A stretch of 64,000 nt of DNA from Takakia lepidozioides (taxonomy: Eukaryota > Plantae > Bryophyta): positions 55,118,001-55,182,000 of the forward strand of contig CM060734.1 of assembly GCA_030704615.1 (NCBI GenBank). Direction: 5' to 3'. Shown here one piece after another: positions 1 through 12,941 of this stretch; positions within the stretch are counted from its first letter, which is position 1, and each line of letters opens with the position of its first letter. The notes below the pieces were generated by a model that was not told the DNA's origin, searched no databases, and saw nothing but the letters and a program-made list of their open reading frames with translations. The position numbers and the translations under genes were made by a program.

Positions 1-242
1 GATTCTAAGCATGAGCACATTAGGGAAGCAGAGCCTATAACCGAGGGGAAAAGGGGCCTATTGCCGTGGACACAAACTCGTGTGATCAATTCAGAAATGG
101 AAAGTTGCGGAAGCTACTTGGAACCAAAACTGTCGAGCTCCATACATGCAAAGATCGATGAATGTGTGATGAAAAAATATTAGATGAATGAAGCATGGAT
201 GAATGTATGATTGGAATTGGATGAATGTTGGATGAAAAAGTA

Positions 243-1570
243 CTAGAAGGTTCCCCCTATGAGCATGAAGTAAGCAGAATTTTGAAAGTATGCAATGGGA
301 CTTCCTGTTATCATGAAAGTTAAACATTGTCTATATCTGAAATGCCAGAAGTCCAAGCAATCGTCAAGCTCCTTGACATCATCCTCACTTGCAACGTCGG
401 AGGTGTACCACCATGCTCGGATAGTCTGGTACATGGAATTTGCTTCATGCTCGGTTGTTGCATCTTTATACATACGGCATAGCCTCGTATGCTCTCCCTG
501 CAACTCTAGTTTTATCGAACTCTTTATATGTCTTTGAAGGGACTGGGTTCAATGAAAGAGGCAAGTGTGTTCTCTGCTTCCCATCGGTATTTTGAGGTCA
601 CCAGAACCAAAAACACGCCGGACAACATTTCACTTTGTTTGAGCGCTGTCAGTCATGAATCCAGTGAAGTTTGATGGCACACCATTCGCTCTCATGACGT
701 TCACAAAGTGATTTCCACATGAGATCAATTTGAGACTTTATGTCCTCGTACTGCATGTTGCAAACTGCAATTGTCATAACTCTTTGGTAAGCAGGATCAT
801 ACACATGACAAGCCATGGTTGTCCAGTCCTTTACACGTTTGACGTGATCAAACATGATCCATGATTTCTCCCAGATCACTAGTACCGGGTTGCATTCTGC
901 GGACCAAGCTAACCCCACTACCCTCACCCATTGTGGACATCTTGAACAAGTACACTTTCATGGACACCTGACAAAGGGAAGACACTATCCTAAATGAAGT
1001 CATACCGGCTTCTACGCTTCAAGTCCAGGATGCTATCCATTGAACCTCTGCTCCCTTGCCCCATCCTAAGAGCGTTGATCTGGTTACGACGTTGAGCGAA
1101 CTCAATGTGGAGAAATGATCCATGAGAACATCAAGTGATAAACTGTCAAACTTTGTTGTGGTTTCATCTGATTCCCCAATTAGTACATGATTTTGTAGAA
1201 ATGACTCACTTGCTGCAAGTGTAATAGCAGAAGGTGATGCAGTGGAAGCATTATGAAATTCATCTCTAAGCAGTCCCCGGACTGTCTCAATATTCTCCTC
1301 GCAATCTCCTCTGGACACAGGATGTACATGGCTGCCGAAATGGATACAAACTCGTATTAGAGTGTTGCAACGATGAAGCATGTAGTGCATGCGTGCATTG
1401 CATTCGGCAATGCAGGTTGAGACTAGTTTACAGAATTTACAAACAAACGTGTTGTTGTTGGGAGGGGCACATCCTACTATGAATGGTTGTCCGAGACACC
1501 ATCCCACTCCGTTTCGTTTGGAGAACCTGAAATCCTCAAATGCTAGCAAGCGACATTTTGACAATAACAA
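243..1570 (-). pseudogene. Degenerate copy of the GCM-like/Mutator-type DDE transposase (family copy 0)
   Basis: Frameshifted ORFs 1019-1570, 649-927 and 243-503 align with the 15927-18119 protein: FVCKFCK..CIHFGSHVHP, WIMFDHVKRVKDWTTMACHVYDPAYQ, YQTIRAWW..FWHFRYRQ. Confidence 0.9.
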
Positions 1571-1747
1571 GGTTTGATGTGGAAGTACGGGTTCTTTAGA
1601 TAGTTCGCCAAGGAAGGAGGCATCCTAAGATCGCAGAACTTCAACAACCAGGCAGGTGGAGATCAGGAAGCTATGAAGCGGGTGACTTATAGTATGTAGT
1701 TCCCTTTAGCTTATTTTGTTGTATTCAACAAATGGTGCGAATGATGA

Positions 1748-2035
1748 TCCTTGCAGTGCCGCAAGCATTTTCCTTGGCTCCCCAACACCCTTTGGTGATG
1801 CAGTGCCAGAGATGCTTAAGGCCTGGGTGTTGGAGAGCCAGGTAAGATGGCGCTTGAGGCACCGCAAGCATCTCCGACACCCCTGGGTGTCGGAGAGCCA
1901 GGTAAGATGCTTGAGGCACCGCAAGCATCTTTTGGCACTACATCACCCCTGGTGGTGGAGAGCCAGGCAAGATGCTTGAGGCACCGCAAGCATCTCTGGC
2001 ACTGCATCACCTCTGGGTGTTGGAGAGCCAGGCTG
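1748..2035. repeat. Tandem ~60-bp repeats, each with the palindrome AGATGCTTGAGGCACCGCAAGCATCT
   Basis: Copies near 1845, 1905 and 1970, degenerate ones near 1748 and 1809. Units are linked by GGAGAGCCAGG(T/C)A. Confidence 0.85.
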
Positions 2036-2036
2036 T

Positions 2037-2200
2037 TGTAGAGCTTGGGAAGTTCAATTGCGATGAAGTTTCCGTGCTTCTGCTTGTCAATCAATTCTTC
2101 TCCTTCACAAATCCCATATTGACGTCATTGGTCGGATGAAGGAATTGATTGACGCGGAAGCACGAAAACTTCCTTGCGATTGAACTTCCCAAGTTCTACA
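2037..2200. repeat. Long inverted repeat (~60-bp arms, ~40-nt loop)
   Basis: TGTAGAGCTTGGGAAGTTCAATTGCG...TCAATCAATTC (2037-2097) pairs imperfectly with GAATTGATTGAC...GAACTTCCCAAGTTCTACA (2142-2200). Confidence 0.85.
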
Positions 2201-2748
2201 GTTGATGCACACGGTCACCCTGGCTTCGCATTTATTTAGGGAGTACCGACAGGTGGAGGTCAACTACAAAATGAAGAACAACTGGCAGCAGGAAGAGATA
2301 AGGAGAAGATCGCATTGTAGCTGCAACAGATAAGGAGAACATCACATCGCGAAATTAGGGATTTGCTGTGTCATGAAAGGAAAATATCTTTCATTTATTT
2401 TTGGATGAAAGGTGGACGAGGATGGACTTCATCTGGTATTTTGCATTTTCATGCACATTCTGGATGTTCGTCAGTCATGCAAAAAAGGACGTCATCTTTC
2501 ATTCATCCATTCTTCCGTCGTCGTGCAGTTTTTCATCGCATATTCATCCATCATTCATCCACATTCAAACAATTTGTGTTCCAAAAAATTAGGACTACTG
2601 CCCGGATTTTCTCAACTCATACCCGCGGAAATTGGCCCTTCTGAGGTATGTACGTCCGCGGGTATAGGTCCGATGCGGTGGACGTCATCCTGAAACGTGT
2701 TCACGGAATTTTCCGCTTGCGTGAGCTGCTCACGGACTAGCATTCCCA

Positions 2749-3923
2749 GTAAATATGAGCCGCTATATGAACTAAAACTTACGACAAGACCGGTTGCTTG
2801 CACATAACTCTTGAAGACTTTCAATATGAATGTCATTTTAAGTTCTTGCCTATCATGATAACGTACTGCTGGCCAAGCTGGTATGGGTGGGGGTGCACCA
2901 ACCATGTTGGCATTAGAGGGGAGGGGTGGGGGGGAGGAAAAGACTTTGGGGGAGGGGAGGCGTGGGGGGGCCTCCTAGTACAATGCAAACAATGGGGTTC
3001 TTGATTTAGTAGTCTTTCAGTTTTGCTAACAATTCACAAAGGACTACAAGATCTTACCATCCAGATCTTGCGTTTGATGCTCACTAAAGTAGTTGGTATT
3101 ACGAGGGTATTACAAAAATAACATTTGAAGTTTTTCTTTCTCTCTTTTAATTTTTCATTTCAGTTGGTTGAGTTTTGGCGGCTTACGGAGATTCTCATTG
3201 AGTTAGGTTTTATGCATACATTTCGAATGAGAATTGATTTTTAAATTAGTATTTTCTCTAAAAAGCCGTGAACCGTGGCTTGCGCTCCAAGGACTAGGTC
3301 ACTGCATTAAAAGAAAAAGATTGACCCGACTTTTCCGTTGGTTTTTAGCTGTGTAACAACATGTCTGAAAATCCACATATTGTCTTTCTTTTTTCTTTTT
3401 TTCTTTTTTTTTGAGAACAAGGGACTTGGCCCTAGTTGGGTCTAGTTCTCAGTGTCTGGTTCTCAGTGTCAAAATAATTTTTGAAGGGAAAAGAAAAAGA
3501 AAAACTTAGAATGTAGTCAAATATCAAATCTAAGAAAATGTTTCTTAAATTGTCGTATCCCAGCACTGACCCAACAACATCGGGTCACTCTAAAAAGAAG
3601 AAAAATCGTACCGTTGTCGAATATGTCAAGTCATGATACGGAAATAATTCATTGCTTCGCAACCCCAATAGTTGACCAGATTATTCTCGTCCCGAGACAA
3701 TTAGTGGTTAATACCACCAACTCAATTGAGCACTAATGCACTCTAAAACTCCGTTGGAACTTGGAAGTTATAAACCATCCAGCATGATTATTTTCTCGAC
3801 TCACTATAATTAAGGGGCCTGATTTGTGATTTGTGAGCTGTCGCTCCACAGTGTTTCCCTTAAAAACCAAAAAAAATAAAAAATAAAAAAATAACGAAAG
3901 GGAACAGTGTCAGAGTGACCGCT
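2749..3923 (+). repeat. ~1.15-kb dispersed repeat, copy A
   Basis: Colinear with 10420-11240, 11949-12000 and 12946-13098. Both copies start GTAAATATGAGCCG.TATATGAACTAAAA. Confidence 0.9.
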
Positions 3924-3939
3924 CACAAATCAGGCCCCC
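3813..3939. mobile_element. Short MITE-like inverted repeat (GGGGCCTGATTTGTGA...GCTCACAAATCAGGCCCC)
   Basis: Inverted termini seen directly. Related ends occur at ~12990 and, reverse-complemented, at 63784-63845. TSD is not clean. Confidence 0.55.
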
Positions 3940-5023
3940 TTCAGTATACTACAAAGAGAAATAAGCAATGTTGGATGGTTATTTGTTGATTTATTAAACA
4001 AGATTTCAGAAGCTTCATCAACCCATTCGTAAAGCGAAATAAATCAGCTTGATGTCAAGTGACACCTCGTCAATGAGGATGTCATCCAATTTTCTTCAAT
4101 ATGATCTTGCAGAATCTAGATTCCTGATTTATTTCACAGATGAAACCCGTGGTGTGCTTTACTACATGAAATTATTTGCAACAACTATGCGATCATGTGT
4201 GTGTTTTGGATGATATTTGTATTTTTAAATGACTTTGTTTTTCCTACTGTGTTATTCTTTTGCAGACTACCAATTTGTAAATATATTGACGTGCCTATTC
4301 ACGTGCAGGAACCCTATGTCTATCCATCATATTATGTTTCCGTGGAAGCACGGGTACCTTATTGTTGTTTTTTGTACATTAGAGAACCCCCGAACCGCGG
4401 CGGTAGAGCAAATGGTTGGGTGTTTGTACCTTGCCTATGCATAACCTAGGTGATCTACAGTTGAAAGTGTCTACTTTGCAATGGAAGACAATAATGCCAT
4501 ACTTTACACTTCCTTGGGAAGAAGTTGACATGCTTGAGTATTTAATTTGGAAATAACGGATCAAATATCCCTCCAAAGGTAGATGAGTACATTCCGCCTT
4601 TTGCGATGGTTGGGTTATCTGCAACACCCTTGGCTCGCAAACAAAATTTTGGATATATATATATAAAATGGAACATGGGACAGAGGCCCTGGATGAAACT
4701 TTATTGAAGATTATTGAGGGGAAAGAAATTAAATCCTCGAGTGCCCGTAAGCTGCCATAAGGCATGTTCAAAATTTTGGATTCGAATCCTACCACCTAGT
4801 CGGGTGTGGTATATATACATTACACAATATGACGCTTCTCTTCGAGAAGCGTTATAATATGGTATCTCTTTGGTATTGCCTCTGGCGGGCGTGGACACCT
4901 TTTTTACATCAATTGATGGATTGAACCCACAACCACTTCTGAGATGGTATATGCCCCACTATACAACTTGGTTGTCCGGGTGTGGTATATAATATAGTCT
5001 TGGGTTGATAATCAAGTTCTAAC

Positions 5024-5766
5024 CAGTGTTGCGGGGATATTTAATTCAGCCCCAAACCCCCGGCAGATCCTAACCCGGATATATGTGTGTGGATCTGCCA
5101 GAGGTCAAAAAATCACATATCCGCCGGATATAACAAATGGGATAACCGGATCTTGTCACAGATTCGGCTGTTTTGTAGTTTTTTATTTGATTTGAACCGA
5201 AACTAGTGGTTGAAAAGAAGCAGGTTATGAACCCATATATCCGGCATTTAAAACCGGATGTTGTAATCCAGATAATAGCCGGTTACTGCGGTCACTCGAC
5301 ATAAATGAGGCAGGTCATAGTCACGAGTTGGCCTTGTCTTCATTTCAGTTTTACTCATCACGTTCTGAAGGGGCATGCATATTTATAACTTCATATTTTA
5401 TGATACATTCCCATTCTTTGAGATTTGAATGGACACTTGCATTTTATGCATTACCGACATGTCCAAAGAGCACTCTTCTATGTTCTACCCTAATAATTGT
5501 AACTATTTTTTCATTAGTATTTTATTTTATTAAAATAAACTTGGATTTGTTTGATAACCGGATACTAAACCATCGGAGGCCATCATGACTTAAACTCCAT
5601 TTGTCCATAACTGCATACGGTTAAATTTTGTATTTGTTGCCAACCGGCAGGATATCAGGATTGGAAAAGCTCCAAAACCCCGGAACCGGAGGATGTGAAT
5701 ACAAAGTTAAAGTTAAACATCCGTAACCAGCTGATATAAAAAAAATCATATAACCGCACAATACTA
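5024..5766. mobile_element. hAT-like MITE
   Basis: Imperfect TIR CAGTGTTGCGG / CCGCACAATACTA, flanked by a near-duplicated TTCTAAC. Many internal AACCGG and ATCCGG subterminal motifs. Confidence 0.5.
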
Positions 5767-7156
5767 CTTTCTAACCCAGTGGTAATGGGCACAATCCACG
5801 GATTGGTGTCACAAAGGTATCCACCTTCCTACCGGAAAGTAGTAGCCTTTGAAGGTCACTTGAGACACCTAATTCACGCTTCGTTTGGGGGCGTGATATA
5901 TTATTATTATTAGTCTTGGGTGGATATTTGATTTTTATAATATCCTACTATTTCGGATAGTTGCAAAATCCTTGAAAGAATCTCATCATATTTTCATGGT
6001 TTTGCACGGTGACACTCGGTGTTGTATCCACCTGAGCTACCAATAGTTCGCTGTTTAATTTTAACTTTAGTCCTAGAGAGTAAAAACAAAAAGCTCCACA
6101 AGGGTATGTTGAAGGAAGTAAAGATTTTCTTGTCCAATTCAATATATTTCCAGGACTACAATCTCCCCCCCCCTTTTTTTGTTTTTTTGAGAACGGGGAT
6201 TGGAGTCCAAATTATATTTCAGGAGGTGGAAAAAATAACCATCGAGAGGTCGTGGAGGCTTACACCGGGGATACCACCCCAGCGTGACCTAATCCCCCTT
6301 TTAATGTAGAAAAAGGAAAACAGAAAAAATCTTAAAATATTAAACTAAAGTAAAAATTAAAACCTTTTCCAACCGGACAAAATCCCGAGTAACAAGTCGA
6401 ATCTTGTGCACATCTAGCGAACTAATGAACAAGTCAGAGGCTGAAGCCCACGTGGCCATTTTGTTTTATTTGGGAAAGGCTTGTTTTGTGGAGCATGTTT
6501 TTGTGGAACAGTGAAAGAGAGGGTGAAAGAGAATGATTCAATTTACGCTTCTTCCAGGACAAGTCTTCTCACTTTCTTGGAAGAGAAAGAGGATGACTAT
6601 GGCGACGACACCTTGTTGGATGCTCGTAGTGTTTGACCTCCAGACTTACCTTTGGAGCTTGTCAATGATGTTCGTCATCTATATCCAGCTTTGATGATCG
6701 TATAAGTCAACAACTTGGAGACCGAAGCAGTCAATGCAACTCCGATGGCTACTGGAGACTGTGAGATTAAATGCAGTGTGTTTAGTGGAAGACCAGCCTT
6801 GCTTCACTTCTATCTCAATATAATGTTGATGCAACTTAAAAAGAGGGAAAAAGAGTCACAGATAGGGAAGTGCTGAAAGTTAAGTGGAGGTAAGTTGCAG
6901 AGAGGCTGAGGACTAAAGAGTAAGTTGCTTTCGAAAAGACGGGGAGCGAGTAGGAGGAGGAATTGAGCTATTAAAATGGAGTGTAGTCATGTAATAGGAA
7001 ACGGGTATTAAGATAGTTAAGCTTATGGGTGTGCATGGCAGTGGAACATTGTTGTCATTAAGTAATGAACCATAGTGATGCACTAGGTCACGTAAAAAAG
7101 AGAAGAAATGAGTGGGGATATGGACTGAAATATTCCCAACACGACATTCAGGGCCA

Positions 7157-8698
7157 ATGGCAGAAATAGATAATACTTTGGGTGAAGAGTCAGTAAACAT
7201 GGTACAGACGCCCCGCACAATTACTAGGGGAGTGCTTGCAAACCTCCGCCAGCACCTGCTTAGCGATGATGACGAGACGCTCACGCTGGATGGGTGTTTT
7301 CCGACTGGCGAGGGAGCCTACCAGCTAAGCTCTCAATATCTTAGTCCTCCTCTTGATTTCGCTTCCCTCTTCCGGCCCCCCCAGCCTTGCATTGCAACTT
7401 CCATGGAGTTGAAATCGCTGCCTTTTTTATTCCAAGACTGCCAAAGCCCAAATCAAGCTCGAGATGAAGTAAGCCAACAAAAGATGGGCGTCCCACAAGA
7501 GGCGGGGAAGTCCTCGTCACTGAGCTGTCGCACTAGTCATCCTCTATCCAAGCTCTCTCTCCCCTCTCCATGTGCAGCCACGGAATACTTGTTTGGAGAC
7601 CTTGCAAACATGTTACAAAAATCGCCCTTCTCATGGAAGTCGTCCCCACGCGCAATCAGTCCCTGGGGTTCCAAACGCGTCAGCACCTCTCCCCTAGGTT
7701 TGTATCAATCATCTCAAGTTACACAACCCTCGACTTTCAATGGCATTGAGCCAAGAGACTTGTTTTTGGACGACCTGAATGACGCCATCAACCATGAGTG
7801 GGCAACAGTGCTGCCCCCTTGCACGAAACCCTCCTTACCGCATGCCCAAGCTGAGAAAATTGCAGTGGAACAGGATGATCCGAATGTTTACAACATTGTG
7901 GAAAGCACAGTCCACAAAAATGGGCACACGGCCAAGGCATCTCCACCTCGCAAACGTAAAGTTGTGGTGAAGAAACCATCACACGTACATTATCGGGGAG
8001 TAAGACAGAGACCCTGGGGGAAGTTTGCCGCTGAGATTCGCGACTCTACCCACCATGGGGCTCGCATTTGGCTCGGAACCTTTGACACAGCTGAAGAGGC
8101 AGCATTAGCCTATGATGAAGCAGCCTTCGAGATGAGGGGCGCCCGGGCTCTCTTGAATTTCCCTCTTCGGGTCGCCACACGGTCTACCTTTGCCAAGCTT
8201 GCCAATGAATCTGTATCTTCTTCTACCAAGCCTACTAGAATTTCCATGTCCACCAATGATAAGATTAAAGCTAAGGCGCCACTGGCAGGTCCTTCCAACG
8301 ACTTGCAATTTGAGGTGCAGAAGGTGTCCATCTCATTCAATGGGTCTTCCGATACTACCGAGAAAAGTCTCAAGAAGAAGCCTCAGGACTCTTCTGAGGG
8401 GTCTTACGTACAAAACTTGGAGGAGGGGAGTTATAAGCACACACGTGTAGAATCTCATGTGGAGGAACATCCACTACAAATGGAGGTTGATGTTGACAAA
8501 GGTTGCATGGAGGGACTTGAGATACAGGACTCAGGGTCTAAGTACATGGAAGAGCTTCTATCCACTATGCTTGGATCACCAAGCAGCTCTGCGTTGCATA
8601 ATTGGAGCTCTTCTCCAACCTCTTGGACTATGCCTATGTTCTCACCACTATCAACAACAATGTCAGCATTTGGGAAAAATCTCAATTACCTTCCCTAA
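7157..8698 (+). CDS. AP2/ERF transcription factor, ERF subfamily (group IX-like), intronless
   Basis: AP2 domain [20 protein letters not shown]...[33 protein letters not shown] (~7988-8163) with the ERF-type A14/D19 residues. First ATG is at 7157; the track start at 7112 is GTG. Confidence 0.93.
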   Translation: MAEIDNTLGEESVNMVQTPRTITRGVLANLRQHLLSDDDETLTLDGCFPTGEGAYQLSSQYLSPPLDFASLFRPPQPCIATSMELKSLPFLFQDCQSPNQARDEVSQQKMGVPQEAGKSSSLSCRTSHPLSKLSLPSPCAATEYLFGDLANMLQKSPFSWKSSPRAISPWGSKRVSTSPLGLYQSSQVTQPSTFNGIEPRDLFLDDLNDAINHEWATVLPPCTKPSLPHAQAEKIAVEQDDPNVYNIVESTVHKNGHTAKASPPRKRKVVVKKPSHVHYRGVRQRPWGKFAAEIRDSTHHGARIWLGTFDTAEEAALAYDEAAFEMRGARALLNFPLRVATRSTFAKLANESVSSSTKPTRISMSTNDKIKAKAPLAGPSNDLQFEVQKVSISFNGSSDTTEKSLKKKPQDSSEGSYVQNLEEGSYKHTRVESHVEEHPLQMEVDVDKGCMEGLEIQDSGSKYMEELLSTMLGSPSSSALHNWSSSPTSWTMPMFSPLSTTMSAFGKNLNYLP

Positions 8699-11240
8699 GA
8701 AACAACCAACTCGAACTCCAAATATACACTATGGTTGATAATTTTTGTCCATACCAAGGATTCGCAAATGATCCTGCTCTTAGCCATTCAAGTTCTGTAC
8801 ATACACAATATTTCGATGCCTTTGAGAGGGATGTCGTTATAGCTAAGACTGTCTTATGTCCATATTTCAAATATTGTATACTTGCAACAGCTTCCAAAGC
8901 CAAGCTAATCCCAACTTGGTTTTGAAGACAAAACCATACTGCCCACTGTAGTATGTACATACATCAGTTTAGTTGCACATATGTTCGGAACTCAATTGAT
9001 TACAACATTCATTTATTCACTAAATATGAGATTCCATCAAATCTCTTAGTGCCCCTAATAAAGTGACGATTTCACACATATTTTTCTAGTCAAATGTTGT
9101 TGGTGAAGTGATTACACATGAGGGGATTTGAAGTTTTACATGGTCTGAAATGACAACATCTCTGTGTAATTTAGTTTGCAGTTGGGTGGCTTGATGGAGA
9201 AGTGAACAATGCTTTATCCAACCATTACAATGATTGTCATGAGGGGAACTGTGGTTGAGGTATGTTTTAGTGTATGCAAGTCAATGCTTATTTCAGTGAA
9301 ATTGTTCCATCACTGTAGACAAAATATTTTGGATTTTTTTTTTGGCACCAAATTATTATTCCCAAGTAGCCGAGCACGTGGGCTTCACTTCACGTGGTGA
9401 AGATCTTGCTTCAATACAGTACCAAGTATAGTTCCCATTCATCTGTGACACAAACTAAGAGATTTTGTCTTGCTAGAATTGCAGTGCATACTACTGCTTT
9501 GGGGTTTTCTCAAAGCTTGACGGATCAATCTTGTTTGGTACCTTTGCATACCATCAACCAAACACAAACTGTACTTTCTGCAGGTGGGAAACATGGATTT
9601 GTATGGTTTCATGCTTCATTTGTTTGTAGACAATATCGTTAGAAATGCTGAGCTAAATTAGATTTACATTGTAATTTGTTCTTGTTGTGCATGTGTTTCA
9701 CCTACATATGTCGCTGCCAACTAGTACAACTCTACTCTAATATACTTATACATATCCAAGAATTTGTGGTTTTCTCAACAATACCGACATGTCCATGCCC
9801 TTCCCTCACAATCCATATAATTGAATTTGCATTATGTTGTGATCATTATCCGGACCAATCAATCCTTAACAAACATATAAAATATGAACCACTTGTACTA
9901 GCCATCCGCCAACATTGATAATACACTACCCTCATTTACTATTATTGTTGTGGGTTTAGAGGTGGTGTCTATAGCCAGAATATTACTATTTTGAAACAAA
10001 ATCTACAAAAACTCCATACATCCACCACATATGTCTCTCTGCCCTACATTTTATTGTTATCAAATCCCTTAAAACACTCGTTCTCAACAAGCAAGATTGA
10101 AAGTGGTCAATTGGTCATCTTGTAGGTTTTGCTTGATAGAGCCCACTCCCAAGTACCCGCAAAGGGAAAATGCTCTTATTTACGCTAATCTTAGATGGGT
10201 CCCTCTCACTCGTGTATTGATTTCTAATAGTTGATCCAAATTTTAAAACAATTAAAAGAGCTAAAATCATGAATAATGTATTCAACTCTGTTAGGCTAGA
10301 GGTAGATATCTATTATTTCGCGGGAACACGCGGTCTTCTTTTTCGAAGAGGGAAGACCGGCATAGCTAAATTTACCTCAAGGAGGACTAGAGAGGGAAAA
10401 GACTTTGGCTAAAACCAACGTAAATATGAGCCGTTATATGAACTAAAATTACGACAAGACCAACTAGTTGCTTGCACATAAGTCTTCAAGACCTTCAATA
10501 AGAATGTCATCTTAAGTTCTTGCCCATGATAACGTACTGCCAAGGTGTGTGTGAGGGTGCACCAACCATGTTGGCATTAGAGGGGAAGAGGGGGATAGGG
10601 GGGGCCTAGTACAATGGGGTCCTCGATTTAGTAGTCTTTCAGTTATGCTAATAATTCGCAGTGGACTACTAGATCTTACCATCTAGATAGTCTTGCGTTC
10701 GACGCTCACTAAAGCAGTTGGTATTACAAGAATAACATTTGATGTTTTTTTTATCTCTTTTAATTTTCATTTCAGCTAGTTGAGTTTTGGCGGCTTATGG
10801 AGATTCTGATTGAGTTAGGTTTTATGCATACATTTCAATTGATTTTTAGATTAGTATTTTCTTTAAAAAGTCGTGAACCGTGGCTTGCACTCCAAGGACC
10901 AGGTCACTGCACTAAAAGAAAAGGAGTGACCCGACTTTTCCGTTGGTTTGTAGCTGCGTAACAACATGTCTGAATCCACATATTGTCAAAACTCTCGGCG
11001 TCAAAACTGATTTGAAGGGGAAAAGAACTTAGAATGTAGTCAAACATCAAATCTAAGAAAGTATTTCCTAATGTGTCGGATCTCTCAGCATTGACCTGAC
11101 AATATCGGGCCATTCTAAAAGAAATAAAAATTGTACCGGTGTTGAATATGTCAAGTCGTGATATTGAGATAATTCATTGCTTCGCAAGCCCAATAGTTGA
11201 CCAGATTATTTCTCGTCCCAAGACAATTAATGGTGAATAC

Positions 11241-11948
11241 CAATGTTGTACCGGTACATAAGGTATTGCCTGGTATGTGCACAGGTATATGCAATTGTAT
11301 CAAAGACCCTACCCGCCTAATATCAACCAAGAGAAATACCTCGGTTATGAATAGGTTGCCCCCAATAAATCTTAAAGTAATACCTGACTTTTTACCAGAC
11401 CAGTCTGGTAATTTTTTTTGTTTTGCCTCGTAAATATCAGTGTTCCCCCATCAACTTTGCGGCAAGGTCCCTGGTAATGTTTGACATTTGTTGTCATACA
11501 TCATAGCTGGGGCGGCGCTCCTTCAATGCTGAGTGTAGTGGTTGCTAATGTGATTGATTCCATCTAACACTGAATCAAGTTATGCAATCGCGCAATTGTT
11601 TCAGAGACACTAACAATTTTTGTTTTTTGTTACTGCAAAAAGCCTTCTTTGATTTGAAGTATCTATTTGGGAGTTTTGTTAGAACAATGTTGTATATTAC
11701 CTTAAGGTTTGCTTGTGTCTTATCTAACACCAGACCCGGATATATGTACCACTTGTATCACCCAAACACCTACTCATATATTTATACGAGATTAAAAAAT
11801 ATTTCTAATTCCTATTATTTATACAAGTCCAATATCTAAAATTATGAAATTAATGTAATATCAGGAGCTGCCATGTCTCAAATTTAGTCTATACTTCAAT
11901 ACCAGTATCACTCTGGTATGTCAAAATTCCGATATTGGTACATTACTG
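11241..11948. mobile_element. hAT-like MITE with 8-bp TSD
   Basis: TIR CAATGTTGTACC / GGTACATTACTG, TSD GTGAATAC/GTTAATAC. Copy A has an empty site with a single GTTAATAC (~3707). Confidence 0.8.
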
Positions 11949-12003
11949 GTTAATACCACCAACTCAATTGAGCAGTAATGCATTCTAAAACTCCATTGGT
12001 TAA

Positions 12004-12941
12004 CCCCTAAACGACGAGGCGACCTGAATCAGGTCGATCCGATTTTTCATCCATTCACAGTGGGTGTGGATGATGTCGGATGAAGGCGAGCTCTCAATGA
12101 AAAATCAAGCCCCCAAAATTCTCTACACGATGGGCTTTATAGCGCCCCCAAAGAGTAAATATTCCGGCGTCAGCTATTTTTGCAAGCCTTGGGGGTGTCG
12201 GTTTTTGGGGGATTTGGGGTGGGCCCCGTAGGTTGACCAGGTATGTGGCAGGCACTGGCGGATTTATAGCCTGCACATATTTGGGGCAGGGGGCGTGCGG
12301 GGGGTGACGAGGCCGGGCCCGCATGCCAACCCATCCATTTTCATCCATTTGCACCCATTCTCATCGATTTTTCATCCATTTGCATAATCAAACATCCAAA
12401 ATGTAATTTTGGGAATTTTTGCGAAATTCTTGGGCAGGGTAGTGTAGTTCTTGGCCTATGAGGGACAGACCGTTGGAATTCCCAATTGGAGGTAAATTTG
12501 GGGTCCCAATGGGACCTCAACCATTTCCTTTGCAAATTCACTCTTTTGACCCCCATTGCATTCACATACAAAGCACCCTCCCTAGTTTTTGGCAGATAGG
12601 GGTGAAATTTGGTGTGAGGGTTTGGGATGATCTATTACATTAGAATATGGCTCAGATTCTCCCATGAAAGTTTAGCAACATGGGTTTTTGGCTTGGTCAA
12701 ACATGAAGTTTTGGTTTGTGTTTTACATTTTGCAGAACATTGACCATGTTCAATTCTTATAATCTCCCAAACAAAACGGTGGAATCTCCCCAAATTTGGG
12801 GTGATTGTGCATCTGGTAGGTATGGATGACTTTCAATGGTTCATCCACATGGATGAACAGGGGTAGGCAGCTACAGGCTGACGAGTGAGGGTGGGTCCCA
12901 ATTGTGTGAAAAAATCCAAAAACAGTCTCGTCATTTAGGGG
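12004..12941. mobile_element. Non-autonomous TTAA-flanked element (piggyBac-like)
   Basis: TTAA|CCCCTAAACGACGAG ... CTCGTCATTTAGGGG|TTAA. Absent from copy A of the repeat. No coding capacity. Confidence 0.8.
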
